Sequence record: MN871447.1 | Length of the DNA: 64,000 nt | Direction: 5' to 3' (one strand) | In this document: piece by piece, positions 1 to 8,915 of the stretch | Layout: each line of letters begins with the position of its first letter | Position numbering within the stretch: position 1 is the stretch's first letter | Notes under the pieces: model-generated | What the model saw: the letters and a program-made list of their open reading frames with translations, nothing else | What the model was told of the DNA's origin: nothing | Database searches by the model: none | Program-made: the position numbers and the translations under genes

Positions 1-1
1 T

Positions 2-481
2 AAGACGTTTGAGGCGTTTTCCTGATGAAGTTACAATAGTGAACATACCGTCATCAGCAGTGCTCGTATCATTGGCGTCGTAATAGAATTCCCCGCCGCC
101 TACAGTGCCATTTAAGTTATAGCTGATCAACTTTAAGATCTGTTTATCGAACCACGGATTGAAATTCTTTAAATCAGTAATCGACGGAAAACTGACTGTA
201 ATTAATTGTGCTGGTAATGCATTAACGGGGAAACTTCCGTTTTCTGTGCTCACTACTGCGGTAGTCCCTGAAGCTACCATTCCCGTTACTGAACCCATTA
301 CACCTGTAACGTTGTAAATCTCTTTAGTCACGGGGTCAACCGCAAACGAAAGGTTTGTTAAATCCACGCCCCGTTCAATTGACCCAATGGTCGATTGCGG
401 GATGTTCAATAATTGAGAAAGAACCTCTGCACTAGACTGTATAGAGGTGTTTCCGGTTGGTTGAATAAAATTAGTTTGCAT
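2..481 (-). CDS. Tailspike/RBP, N-terminal part (runs off the window start; missing from the ORF track)
   Basis: Hand translation from ATG at 481 is open to the window edge: MQTNFIQPTGNTSIQSSAEVLSQLLNIPQS...GVDL...GGGEFYYDANDTSTADDGMFTIVTSSGKRLKRL. An AAGGA RBS lies upstream. The N-terminus resembles the recalled Kuttervirus TSP3/Det7 head (MISQFNQPRGSTSI...), and the GGGEF..DDG module is shared with neighbouring spikes. Confidence 0.8.
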   Translation of the reverse strand, partial: MQTNFIQPTGNTSIQSSAEVLSQLLNIPQSTIGSIERGVDLTNLSFAVDPVTKEIYNVTGVMGSVTGMVASGTTAVVSTENGSFPVNALPAQLITVSFPSITDLKNFNPWFDKQILKLISYNLNGTVGGGEFYYDANDTSTADDGMFTIVTSSGKRLKRL

Positions 482-494
482 TTATTTTTCCTTT

Positions 495-520
495 TAAGGA
501 GGGGAACCCCCTCCTCCTTT
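495..520. terminator. Rho-independent terminator-like hairpin
   Basis: Purine/pyrimidine inverted repeat (aaggagggg...ccctcctcc) directly after the stop of the 520..3276 gene. Confidence 0.5.
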
Positions 521-3276
521 TACTCTGTCTCAAAACGGAATAGTGACAATCTGGATATGTTTACCGTACCTGTAATGTCAGAAAAAGTCGCTGCAACACG
601 AGCGAACGCTGCGCCAACAGGTGCTCTTATTTTCACCGGACTAGAAGCGATGAATCGTGTTGTACCGGCGGAGTAATTTGGTAAGGTAGTGTCGGAAAAT
701 ACACTTCCCATCGCGGTATTGTTACCAACTACTTGGCCGCCAGATAATAATACTTTTTGATCATTGTAAAAATAAACGTATGGGGTAATACGGTTATTCC
801 CCGTCGAGTTCAGTAGCTGCATTGCGGCAACAACCCCGAACATATCTCCTGCTTTACAGGCAAAATATTCTGTTCCAACTAAAGTCACGTTACTCGCAGA
901 ACTTGTACCGGTTAAAGCAAGAACTTTACCTGTAACATCTGTTCTGTCGGCAATTACCCCTGTCATACCCGCGATGTATCCAACAGAAAATTTCGCTAAC
1001 GTAGAGGAAGTACTCGTGACAGTTGTCCCAGTAGTTTCCGCACTGAAATCAAAACCGCTATTAATAATAGCGTTCGCGGACGGGACGTTATAGTAGGGAT
1101 CTTTTACATACCCACTAACCGCCACGGGTTTACCGGAAGAGTGTAAATAGAGATCTTCGGTGTATGGTTTGACTTCGTGTTTGATCTCAGAGCCATTCCA
1201 ATACACTGCAACCTGGTTTCCGTTAAAGAGTGGTCGAGATGGGCTGTTGGCCAGTCCTAAGGTAGAGTCTGATTTCTGACCAGAACGCAGACGAGGAAGG
1301 AAATCGCAATTGGTAAAGTATACCGCACAGTTAGACGGCGAGCCAACTACATCTAATACGTACCCATTCCAAGCTTCGGCATGACAGTCAGTAAACTTAA
1401 CTGCATTATAACCAGACGATCCCGTAATGACTAATATACTACCGTTAGTAAAGTCAAAACTGCAGTTCATGAACGAAACATCAAAACCAGGTGCTGCAAG
1501 GTATACGTGATGTTCGTTGGTACCGCCAAATGTACAGTTAGTAAACGACATACGTTCGCCGGAGTTACTGGACGTTGTAGACGGAACATTCAAACTAATA
1601 CCGTTTTGTTCGAAACGACATTTAGTCGCAGAGAATAGATAAGTATCGATGGAAGAGAACGTCAATGCACGATAGCATTCGGTCACAACGACATTACGGA
1701 ATGAAACGTTTCTGGCGTTGGACATACTAGCTGCTTCGTTACCGATAAATATTCCAGAAAGAGTAGTTATAGCACGGCCTTGTCCATCCAGTCGCAATAC
1801 ACCGCCATCAGCCGAAAGGTTCTCACCTTCCCAAAGATTGACATTCGTTAAGGCGTCAGTATTTTGGAACTTGATCAGGTACGACCCTGTAAAGTTAGAC
1901 GATGCAACAATGTTAACATTACCTTTCGCAACGATACTGATTGATGTCGGTGCGACAATTGTTGCAGATATCAGATAGCTCCCTGCTGAAATACTGATCG
2001 AAGGACGACTGTAAAAATTAGTCCCTATTGTTAATTTCTGGACATACGCGATCGCACGTTGTAAAGGTATCGTGATATCTGTCCCTGGTTGCGCACCCCA
2101 AAATGAAACATTAATTTCTGAATTGGGGATAACACGCTCCCAATAGAAATTCCCACCGACAATGATTGTACCATAGTCTTCTGTTACACCTCCGCCGATG
2201 TGACCAATAAATTCCCCGCCGCCAATTTTAGTACCAACTGCGTAAGATTTTACTTTAATACGTTCCCCTTCAAATCCCGGTTGACGAGACCGCAGTGAAT
2301 CCACTGATTCCACGCCGTAAACACCTTGAACGACTTGCTCTAAGCTCACACCATAACTGGTATTGACTTTTGCCGCACCTGTCGTTTGCCCCAGCGTCAA
2401 AAGAATTTCTGCCGGTGTTCCCGATACCTGTGCGGTGATGACCGACCGAGAACCACCCAGTAAGACTTCAACGATGTCGTTAGCATTCAGCGCTTTCGAA
2501 AGGTTAATCTTCAATCCGGTGCTATCAACTTCATAGTGCTTATTCAGGACTTGTTTTGAGCCGTTGATGTAAATAACAGGGACTGTTTTGAATGTCCACG
2601 GAGGGGTAAGTGACGTTTCTCCACCCACTGCTGCGCCGTCGTTATATAGCCACGTTACGTTGACGTAGTCGGTAATACCAGGTTCTACTGGCGTGATAGG
2701 CGAACCCGGGTAAGGTCTTACGTAGAAGACAACGAAAGCACCCGCCGTTAATGGCCCTTTTAATTTGACTTTGTTCGATAACCGATCAAACGTGTAGTTC
2801 AACCCCTTGAACTGATGACCACCGTTCAAGAACATCTCTGAGACATCGAAACAGTCGAAGGGCAATGCGATTTCCGTTTCACCACCGTTAGCAGAACCGT
2901 TGTTATAAAGGTAACTGACATATGACGTGTAGGAGCCGAACTTACCGTCCGCCATCATTTTTCCGGTGCCGTAGATAACCGGAGTATTGTCTTTATAGAC
3001 AGCCGTGGCAGAAGCACCGTTGACGTTAATAAACGCTGCGACGTAGAGTTGGCTATCGTCAGTATAGACGTAAAAGATTTCATCTTTGATAGTAGCCGCA
3101 ATACCTTCTGCGAGGGTTTCGTAAGCATTTTCAAAAAGAAGATTTGATCGAAGATTATTTAACGTGGTGCGGTATGTTTCATTTTCTGCTCCCGCTACTG
3201 CCACTGGCAATAGAGCAGATTCTGGAACAATACCCTTACTCGAAAGTTCGGAAATTTTTCTTGTGTTATTGGCCAT
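520..3276 (-). CDS. Tailspike/depolymerase: KISEL anchor + two XD3-like docking domains + beta-helix + C-terminal CBM-like domain
   Basis: Start moved to MANNTRKISEL (ATG 3276, GAGG RBS). Two YNxGxAxGGET...NG..Q repeats, then a GVES..LR..GGGEF module, an N/T/S/C-rich beta-helix and a jelly-roll-like C-terminus. Confidence 0.85.
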   Translation of the reverse strand: MANNTRKISELSSKGIVPESALLPVAVAGAENETYRTTLNNLRSNLLFENAYETLAEGIAATIKDEIFYVYTDDSQLYVAAFINVNGASATAVYKDNTPVIYGTGKMMADGKFGSYTSYVSYLYNNGSANGGETEIALPFDCFDVSEMFLNGGHQFKGLNYTFDRLSNKVKLKGPLTAGAFVVFYVRPYPGSPITPVEPGITDYVNVTWLYNDGAAVGGETSLTPPWTFKTVPVIYINGSKQVLNKHYEVDSTGLKINLSKALNANDIVEVLLGGSRSVITAQVSGTPAEILLTLGQTTGAAKVNTSYGVSLEQVVQGVYGVESVDSLRSRQPGFEGERIKVKSYAVGTKIGGGEFIGHIGGGVTEDYGTIIVGGNFYWERVIPNSEINVSFWGAQPGTDITIPLQRAIAYVQKLTIGTNFYSRPSISISAGSYLISATIVAPTSISIVAKGNVNIVASSNFTGSYLIKFQNTDALTNVNLWEGENLSADGGVLRLDGQGRAITTLSGIFIGNEAASMSNARNVSFRNVVVTECYRALTFSSIDTYLFSATKCRFEQNGISLNVPSTTSSNSGERMSFTNCTFGGTNEHHVYLAAPGFDVSFMNCSFDFTNGSILVITGSSGYNAVKFTDCHAEAWNGYVLDVVGSPSNCAVYFTNCDFLPRLRSGQKSDSTLGLANSPSRPLFNGNQVAVYWNGSEIKHEVKPYTEDLYLHSSGKPVAVSGYVKDPYYNVPSANAIINSGFDFSAETTGTTVTSTSSTLAKFSVGYIAGMTGVIADRTDVTGKVLALTGTSSASNVTLVGTEYFACKAGDMFGVVAAMQLLNSTGNNRITPYVYFYNDQKVLLSGGQVVGNNTAMGSVFSDTTLPNYSAGTTRFIASSPVKIRAPVGAAFARVAATFSDITGTVNISRLSLFRFETE

Positions 3277-3314
3277 TGCAAGAAACCTCATTGTCGGCAA
3301 TAGGGCTGTAAAAA

Positions 3315-3362
3315 TAGTCATAGGAAAACAAATAGAGAGGGGCCAAAAGGCCCCTCTCTAGA
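3315..3362 (-). promoter_or_regulatory. Terminator hairpin + TATG late-promoter cassette
   Basis: Minus strand: hairpin GAGAGGGGCC-TTTT-GGCCCCTCTC followed by TTTGTTTTCCTATGACTA. TATG is the phiKZ-type late promoter core. Confidence 0.65.
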
Positions 3363-3369
3363 GTTTATT

Positions 3370-5337
3370 TTATTGAAGGAATGCTTTGACAGGGCCCAAG
3401 TAAACGGAACCTGATGTTTGATAATGACGAAGACCCACGTGAACAGTCGCTGCCCCAGGCGGAACAATTACCGATCCGGAGCATTTTACAACATTAGATG
3501 CACTACCTGTCGTCCCTGAAAGATTCGTCCCAATTACGTTATGGGTAATTTCTACACCTTCAATGTCGTAAAATGTATAACCGAAATAACAACCGCCATT
3601 TGTGGAAACAATATTTTCCCAATAAAGCGTGGTAGCTAAATAAAGAGTTTGTCCTGGCGAGCAGCGTAAACGTTGGCCAAATAACGTCGTCAATGCCCCG
3701 GTCGTTGTTGTGCTAAGCACTTTCGCAGAGGCACCAATTGATTTTGAGTTATCGTAAGTTATCGTAGGTTGGAAAGCGGTACCCGTTGCTGAATATATCG
3801 TAGACCAACCTGTCAAATCTGCGGTATTATAATTATAATTTCTCAGCGGGTTCGTATAATCGCCGATATTTACCATGTCATTATTCCCGTAGATATCAAA
3901 ATAATTATCGACAACTTTGACGAGGGCACCGCTACCTGTACATTTAACAACATCAACGGCCGCCATCTTATTGTATTTTCCAGCAGGACATCCCACTAGT
4001 CGGAAAATACAAGGACCTGATAAAGTGAACCATACAGGTTTACCTGCGGTTGTTCCTTGGTTCGCATACGTGGTGGCAACGTCATTTCCGCCGTCAATAA
4101 ACGTGTTTTGGATATTGACAAACGGTTTTCTTTTTGAAGAGGTATAAAGCATCTTACCGTACGGGTTAGAGGAATTGTTCTCGAAATGACACCCTATGAA
4201 ATTAATATTTCCCGTAGAGATATCAAACACAAGATCACTATAGTCAAAAGAGTGCGAATAAAAATACGCATCAAGATACTGACCGGTACTGGGAACGTAT
4301 ACGCCCGCAGCGTTCCCGTTAGCGTTTAATCCATTATACGTTACGCCACCGAAGATTGAAATGTTTTCCCCTGCGTCGTTGACGCAATTGAAATGCCAGC
4401 CATATCGCCAGAACTTACCCACAACCGGCTGTATAAATTGCAGAAGGTACGTCGACTGCGAGCCGATATAAATGTTGTCACGAAATCCTTCCACCCACAC
4501 TTTAGCTAACACCGTGGACACTTGGGTGTTTGTACCATCGGGGAAGAACCCAATACCATCTAATGTCCCTACAGGTGTTATAGGTGGTTTCGAAACGGAA
4601 GGTCCTCCGTAAGGGCCTTGTAAACGAATTTCCAGCTCTGATCCTAAATTGTAAGTGGCGCCAGGGACACCTACGACCCGAACAGCATACCCGGTAGTCA
4701 TTAATGAACTATCTACCACAAACCTTGAACGGTCCATGATCAATTTTCCGGAAGCTGCGTAGACGGTAATTTGAGAAGTGATTCGGTAACGAGCATTCGA
4801 TTCTTTAGAACGAACAGTATAACCTAACTTCAGTAATTCTAAGGTTTTTTGTACTGCAACAGTATCATCCGTTATACCGTCTCCCTTCGCCCCATTGCTT
4901 TCAAAGGTCGTTTGGCCAGAAATGTCATTCAGGGAACCAGCACCCATGGGAATAATGCTCATACCGGTACTTTCTGTAACTGATGCTGCAGCTCTCATTT
5001 GTCTGCTCGTCGGTAACCTGACTTGTTCATTGTCATAACCCAGAATAGGGTTAGCTACTCCGTCATTATTTTGGTATTGCAGTACCCAGAGTTTCGCCGC
5101 GCTTTCATAGACGAAAAATACGTCCCCTGACGTGGTTCCGTTCAGGCCCGCATCCACAGACAGGAAAGCATTATCGAAGCCTAGCGTTTGACGGAGGTCG
5201 TTAATTTTAGTGGATTTAGTGAAAGGAACTCCCGCACTGGTTTTGGCGTTAATCGGGACAACGTCATTTTCTTTGATGACGCCTGCGTCACCGAGTTCAG
5301 AAATTTTGATTCCGATAGAATCTGAAGACTTAGGCAT
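3370..5337 (-). CDS. Tailspike/depolymerase (KISEL anchor, beta-helix, CBM-like C-terminus)
   Basis: Start moved to MPKSSDSIGIKISELG (ATG 5337, GAGG RBS). Contains the GAKGDGITDDT pectate-lyase-like motif, and its body is paralogous to 8916..10961. Confidence 0.85.
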   Translation of the reverse strand: MPKSSDSIGIKISELGDAGVIKENDVVPINAKTSAGVPFTKSTKINDLRQTLGFDNAFLSVDAGLNGTTSGDVFFVYESAAKLWVLQYQNNDGVANPILGYDNEQVRLPTSRQMRAAASVTESTGMSIIPMGAGSLNDISGQTTFESNGAKGDGITDDTVAVQKTLELLKLGYTVRSKESNARYRITSQITVYAASGKLIMDRSRFVVDSSLMTTGYAVRVVGVPGATYNLGSELEIRLQGPYGGPSVSKPPITPVGTLDGIGFFPDGTNTQVSTVLAKVWVEGFRDNIYIGSQSTYLLQFIQPVVGKFWRYGWHFNCVNDAGENISIFGGVTYNGLNANGNAAGVYVPSTGQYLDAYFYSHSFDYSDLVFDISTGNINFIGCHFENNSSNPYGKMLYTSSKRKPFVNIQNTFIDGGNDVATTYANQGTTAGKPVWFTLSGPCIFRLVGCPAGKYNKMAAVDVVKCTGSGALVKVVDNYFDIYGNNDMVNIGDYTNPLRNYNYNTADLTGWSTIYSATGTAFQPTITYDNSKSIGASAKVLSTTTTGALTTLFGQRLRCSPGQTLYLATTLYWENIVSTNGGCYFGYTFYDIEGVEITHNVIGTNLSGTTGSASNVVKCSGSVIVPPGAATVHVGLRHYQTSGSVYLGPVKAFLQ

Positions 5338-5362
5338 TATATTATCCTCAAGTGAAAGAATC

Positions 5363-5403
5363 TCATACGAAACAAAACTGAGGGGGTCTGACGACCCCCT
5401 CAA
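5363..5403 (-). promoter_or_regulatory. Terminator hairpin + TATG late-promoter cassette
   Basis: Hairpin gagggggtc...gaccccctc followed, on the minus strand, by TTTTGTTTCGTATGA. Confidence 0.7.
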
Positions 5404-5407
5404 CTTA

Positions 5408-8400
5408 TTACCATGTACTCAAAGCCACTCGTCTCCATACATTAGGCGCAACACAAACATAGTAGTAACTAGTATCGGCTGCCCATTGACCAACAGAACC
5501 AGCTGCTGTCATCGATGCTGGAACATCAACTTTTACACCGACAGGGTTACCGTTAATTGTAATCGCACCTGTAAAATAAGCGTTACGAAAACCGGCAGTA
5601 GAAGAACCAAAATCAAACGATCCTGTTACACTGGGAAGAATCGTGTTATAAGCAGTGACGATCCCAGTAGCTGCCACTTTAAAAATATCAGTTAAAGTAT
5701 CAGATACCGATAATGTAGTTTTGTTCGAAGCCGAAACACTAAATGAATTCCCAGAACCAATTGCTAATTTAGAAGGGGAACCGTTCTTTTTCAAGAAACC
5801 CAAATCGCCATTGTTACTGAAAGAAAACATCGAATTATCGGCTGTCATCGATAAAGACCCGCCAATCGAAAGACTTTCGAATGGGTAAAACGTGTAACTT
5901 GGGAGTAGTCTTTGATCGATAACAAGGTTATCATTAACGTTCCCTACAATACCATCGATCGCGTAGGTAGTGCTATACGTACCGTCGTTATTGAGTAAAC
6001 GTCTAACTAGTCGTTGTTGACCTGTTACGGAAGTGGAAGAGCCCGAAGAAATATAAAGTGGGATACCCATAACGACAAGTTTAACAGATGCATCAGGTAC
6101 TTTGATCAGTGTCTGATTGTTATCAACATCGATAGATGTAATTTGTACGGTAAACGTTGTCTTCAAAACAGAATCTAACGTTATACCGCTCTTAATGATT
6201 TTATCATACGCGCTATAGTTAGAGTCAATAGTTGGAGAAAACTTAAAATCATTACCGTGTTTATCTACGCGAATGAAAGGACGGACGATATCACCAGGTT
6301 TAAAAATACCACCACCTGTTCCGTTGTTTACCCCCGAGTAAGTATTTGAGGACATTATCGAGAACATATCGGCTTGCGGGGTATAGTCACAACCGCCAGG
6401 GAAAACACTTACGCCACCGGTATAAGCCTCTACCGCCTTCAAGATGATTGGCGTAGCCGGATCAATCTGGAAATAAACGGAAACCTGCGGTGTCCAAGTA
6501 CCAACTCCATCGGTACCGTATGGGCGTTTGTTAAAAACGGTAATTAGTTTATAACCGTTTTTAAAATCGACTACCGTTTCGCCATAGGCTACGAAATCAT
6601 TGTTATTCGTAACGGTTGTTTCAATATTACCCGTTAGACCAATAGAGATTTTTTTCGGATCGAAGTTACCGGTAAGATCCTTAAGCCAGATATGAACTAC
6701 ACTATCTTTCGCTAAGTTTTTGAACGGTAGATAACAGACACCGCTGTTCAAAGAAAGTCCGTAAGGGTTGAGAAATTCTTTTGATTGCTTGATGTCTCGT
6801 AAGGTGTCAAAATCTAATTCCCCGAGAACACCTCCGACGTTATACGTCCCGTATTTGAAGTCGTAACCACCATGGAGAAAAGCCCCTTCGTCACGGACAG
6901 GCGTACCGATCTGAATACCTCTTACACCAACCGCAGTGGGTACTTGGGTATAGTCATTTGGCCAAACCCATTTTTGGGTAACGCTGTCGTAATAGCCGAA
7001 TGATCCATCTTCAAATGACAACATGTAATAGTTTTTGCTATCATTTTTATACTGTGAAACAGCACCAATGTGAAGGTAGCAGCTTCGGCTCCATACACCG
7101 TCGTTATATCCAAATTTAGAAATAACGAAATTACGATAAGTCCACTCTGTATAAAGGCCAGTAAAGCTATGTCCCTTTGCAGTGGTATAGACAATCCCTT
7201 TCGAAGGGTTACAGTCTACGCCTAACCCGCCGTTATTGGATATATAAGCGCCACTCGCATCAAATCCGGTCCCAGTTACCACCATTGTGTAAGAAGGGAT
7301 AGTACCGGATTTATTTGAGCTTGGGTTTTGCCAATGGATGTTACTTGTACAAATCCCGCCCTTCCAATATGACCAATCGACGCTACTTCTTAATACGCCA
7401 CGCCAACCAGAATGGAAACGACAGTTTTCATAGTTAGCCCCGTAGAAATTACCGAAACGAGAAGTCCCCATGAAATCAAGAATGTAACGATAGTCTTTGA
7501 CGTTGTCATCAAAGTCAGTGCCGTCATTGAAAAGGCTCTGCGTCGTTGTACCTGCCATCGCTACCGCACACCAGGTGAACATCGAAATGGCTACGCCGTC
7601 ATGGAAAACATATTCTGGGTTAATGATTAAAATACCAACTCCCGAAGAACATTGATCCGGAGTTTTACTGACATTCAAATCACCGCGTATATCGCCGCCC
7701 AAGAAAGTGACATTTTGGCAACTCACGCTACCCCAATAATTCGCCCCATTAATAGCATCGAATTTTTCTTTTACTTCATCGTAACCATGTTGGAAGCCAT
7801 TAAGCTTTTTACCAGTGACGGGATAACTATTAGACGGGGTAGGAACAACATAGATTGTTGACCCTCGCATGTCATAAGTCACACCGTTCCTTACTTTTAC
7901 CGCGTTTTTACAAATACGATAAAGATTTGGAGAAAACGTTATTCGTAATCTTTTATATCCAGTATAAGTGGCGGCGGTATTGGAGGTGTAAACTTCTATT
8001 GGGATTTGCTTGAAAATCCCGTTAATGGCATCGCCGAGACATACAACGTTTTCTTTTGTTGACCACACTTCGTCGTAGGTAGTAGCCATCGCGCCATTCG
8101 CTAAAGGGTCAATTTCTCCTTTAGAGATATCAATGAGATATTCTACCCCGAGTTTGTTATAGATCTTCCCCTCGGTAATAACGTGTTTTCCTGCCAATGA
8201 AAGATTGACAACGCCTGTCTTGTTCCAATCACCAGCACCGCCATCTTTTTCTTTATAAAATCCACGAGTGCTAATTTTATTAGGCGAAACAGTCATGTTG
8301 AATATATCTACTGTCGCCGAGAGCCAATGGCCCAAACCGTCAGCTATTGTCTCACCTGTACCCATCGCTATCAGCGAGGTCCCTTGCGCGGGATTGATTA

Positions 8401-8755
8401 ACTCATCTTTCCCGGCAAGAATATTTAACCCTTTACGCGTGCGATATAAAAGTGGACTTCCGTCAGCATCATTCATGACTTCTGCAATACCTGACCGGTT
8501 TACATAGGCACGAACTTTCGTTTTGGTGTCATCGGTGTAAACAAAGAAAATCTGATTCGCCGATGTATTACTTAACCCTGCGACAGTACTATCAAAAGCT
8601 GTTTCAAAATTGAGTAAATTGCGTAAATCAGAAATACTCATTGCGGAAGAAGTATTTTCTGTATTGTTTAACTGGGAAATGAACACCACATCTGAGTCAT
8701 TCACTGGCGTACTCGGCCGAGAAAGTTCAGAAAGTTTAACATAAATGTCAGCCAT
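5408..8755 (-). CDS. Large tailspike/fibre (KLSEL anchor, beta-helix, C-terminal fibre motif)
   Basis: 1115 aa. MADIYVKLSELS anchor, beta-helix-like central region and a common phage-fibre C-terminal motif VPAS.TAAG..GQWAAD..YYYVCVA.N.WRRVALSTW. Confidence 0.8.
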   Translation of the reverse strand: MADIYVKLSELSRPSTPVNDSDVVFISQLNNTENTSSAMSISDLRNLLNFETAFDSTVAGLSNTSANQIFFVYTDDTKTKVRAYVNRSGIAEVMNDADGSPLLYRTRKGLNILAGKDELINPAQGTSLIAMGTGETIADGLGHWLSATVDIFNMTVSPNKISTRGFYKEKDGGAGDWNKTGVVNLSLAGKHVITEGKIYNKLGVEYLIDISKGEIDPLANGAMATTYDEVWSTKENVVCLGDAINGIFKQIPIEVYTSNTAATYTGYKRLRITFSPNLYRICKNAVKVRNGVTYDMRGSTIYVVPTPSNSYPVTGKKLNGFQHGYDEVKEKFDAINGANYWGSVSCQNVTFLGGDIRGDLNVSKTPDQCSSGVGILIINPEYVFHDGVAISMFTWCAVAMAGTTTQSLFNDGTDFDDNVKDYRYILDFMGTSRFGNFYGANYENCRFHSGWRGVLRSSVDWSYWKGGICTSNIHWQNPSSNKSGTIPSYTMVVTGTGFDASGAYISNNGGLGVDCNPSKGIVYTTAKGHSFTGLYTEWTYRNFVISKFGYNDGVWSRSCYLHIGAVSQYKNDSKNYYMLSFEDGSFGYYDSVTQKWVWPNDYTQVPTAVGVRGIQIGTPVRDEGAFLHGGYDFKYGTYNVGGVLGELDFDTLRDIKQSKEFLNPYGLSLNSGVCYLPFKNLAKDSVVHIWLKDLTGNFDPKKISIGLTGNIETTVTNNNDFVAYGETVVDFKNGYKLITVFNKRPYGTDGVGTWTPQVSVYFQIDPATPIILKAVEAYTGGVSVFPGGCDYTPQADMFSIMSSNTYSGVNNGTGGGIFKPGDIVRPFIRVDKHGNDFKFSPTIDSNYSAYDKIIKSGITLDSVLKTTFTVQITSIDVDNNQTLIKVPDASVKLVVMGIPLYISSGSSTSVTGQQRLVRRLLNNDGTYSTTYAIDGIVGNVNDNLVIDQRLLPSYTFYPFESLSIGGSLSMTADNSMFSFSNNGDLGFLKKNGSPSKLAIGSGNSFSVSASNKTTLSVSDTLTDIFKVAATGIVTAYNTILPSVTGSFDFGSSTAGFRNAYFTGAITINGNPVGVKVDVPASMTAAGSVGQWAADTSYYYVCVAPNVWRRVALSTW

Positions 8756-8842
8756 TATTTTGCCTCTTAAGCTCTCTAATAGTCAATCGTACATACGATT
8801 AACAGCTTGAAAGATTACGTTTTGGTTTATTGCACATTAACT

Positions 8843-8890
8843 AGAGAAGGATACGGAAAAGCTCCTCTCTTTTTTGTTTCGTATGACCAT
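8843..8890 (+). promoter_or_regulatory. Imperfect hairpin + U-tract + TATG late promoter at the divergence point
   Basis: agagaagga...tcctctct-tttttt-GTTTCGTATGACCAT. Confidence 0.65.
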
Positions 8891-8915
8891 TTTTTGTTTA
8901 CATCGGAGTCGTGAA

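Noticed and set aside
5210-5695. Long antisense ORFs (also 19372..19857, 35806..36216, 13260..13604, 53304..53690 and many others)
   Set aside because: Shadows of well-supported genes on the opposite strand, with no RBS or protein-like features.
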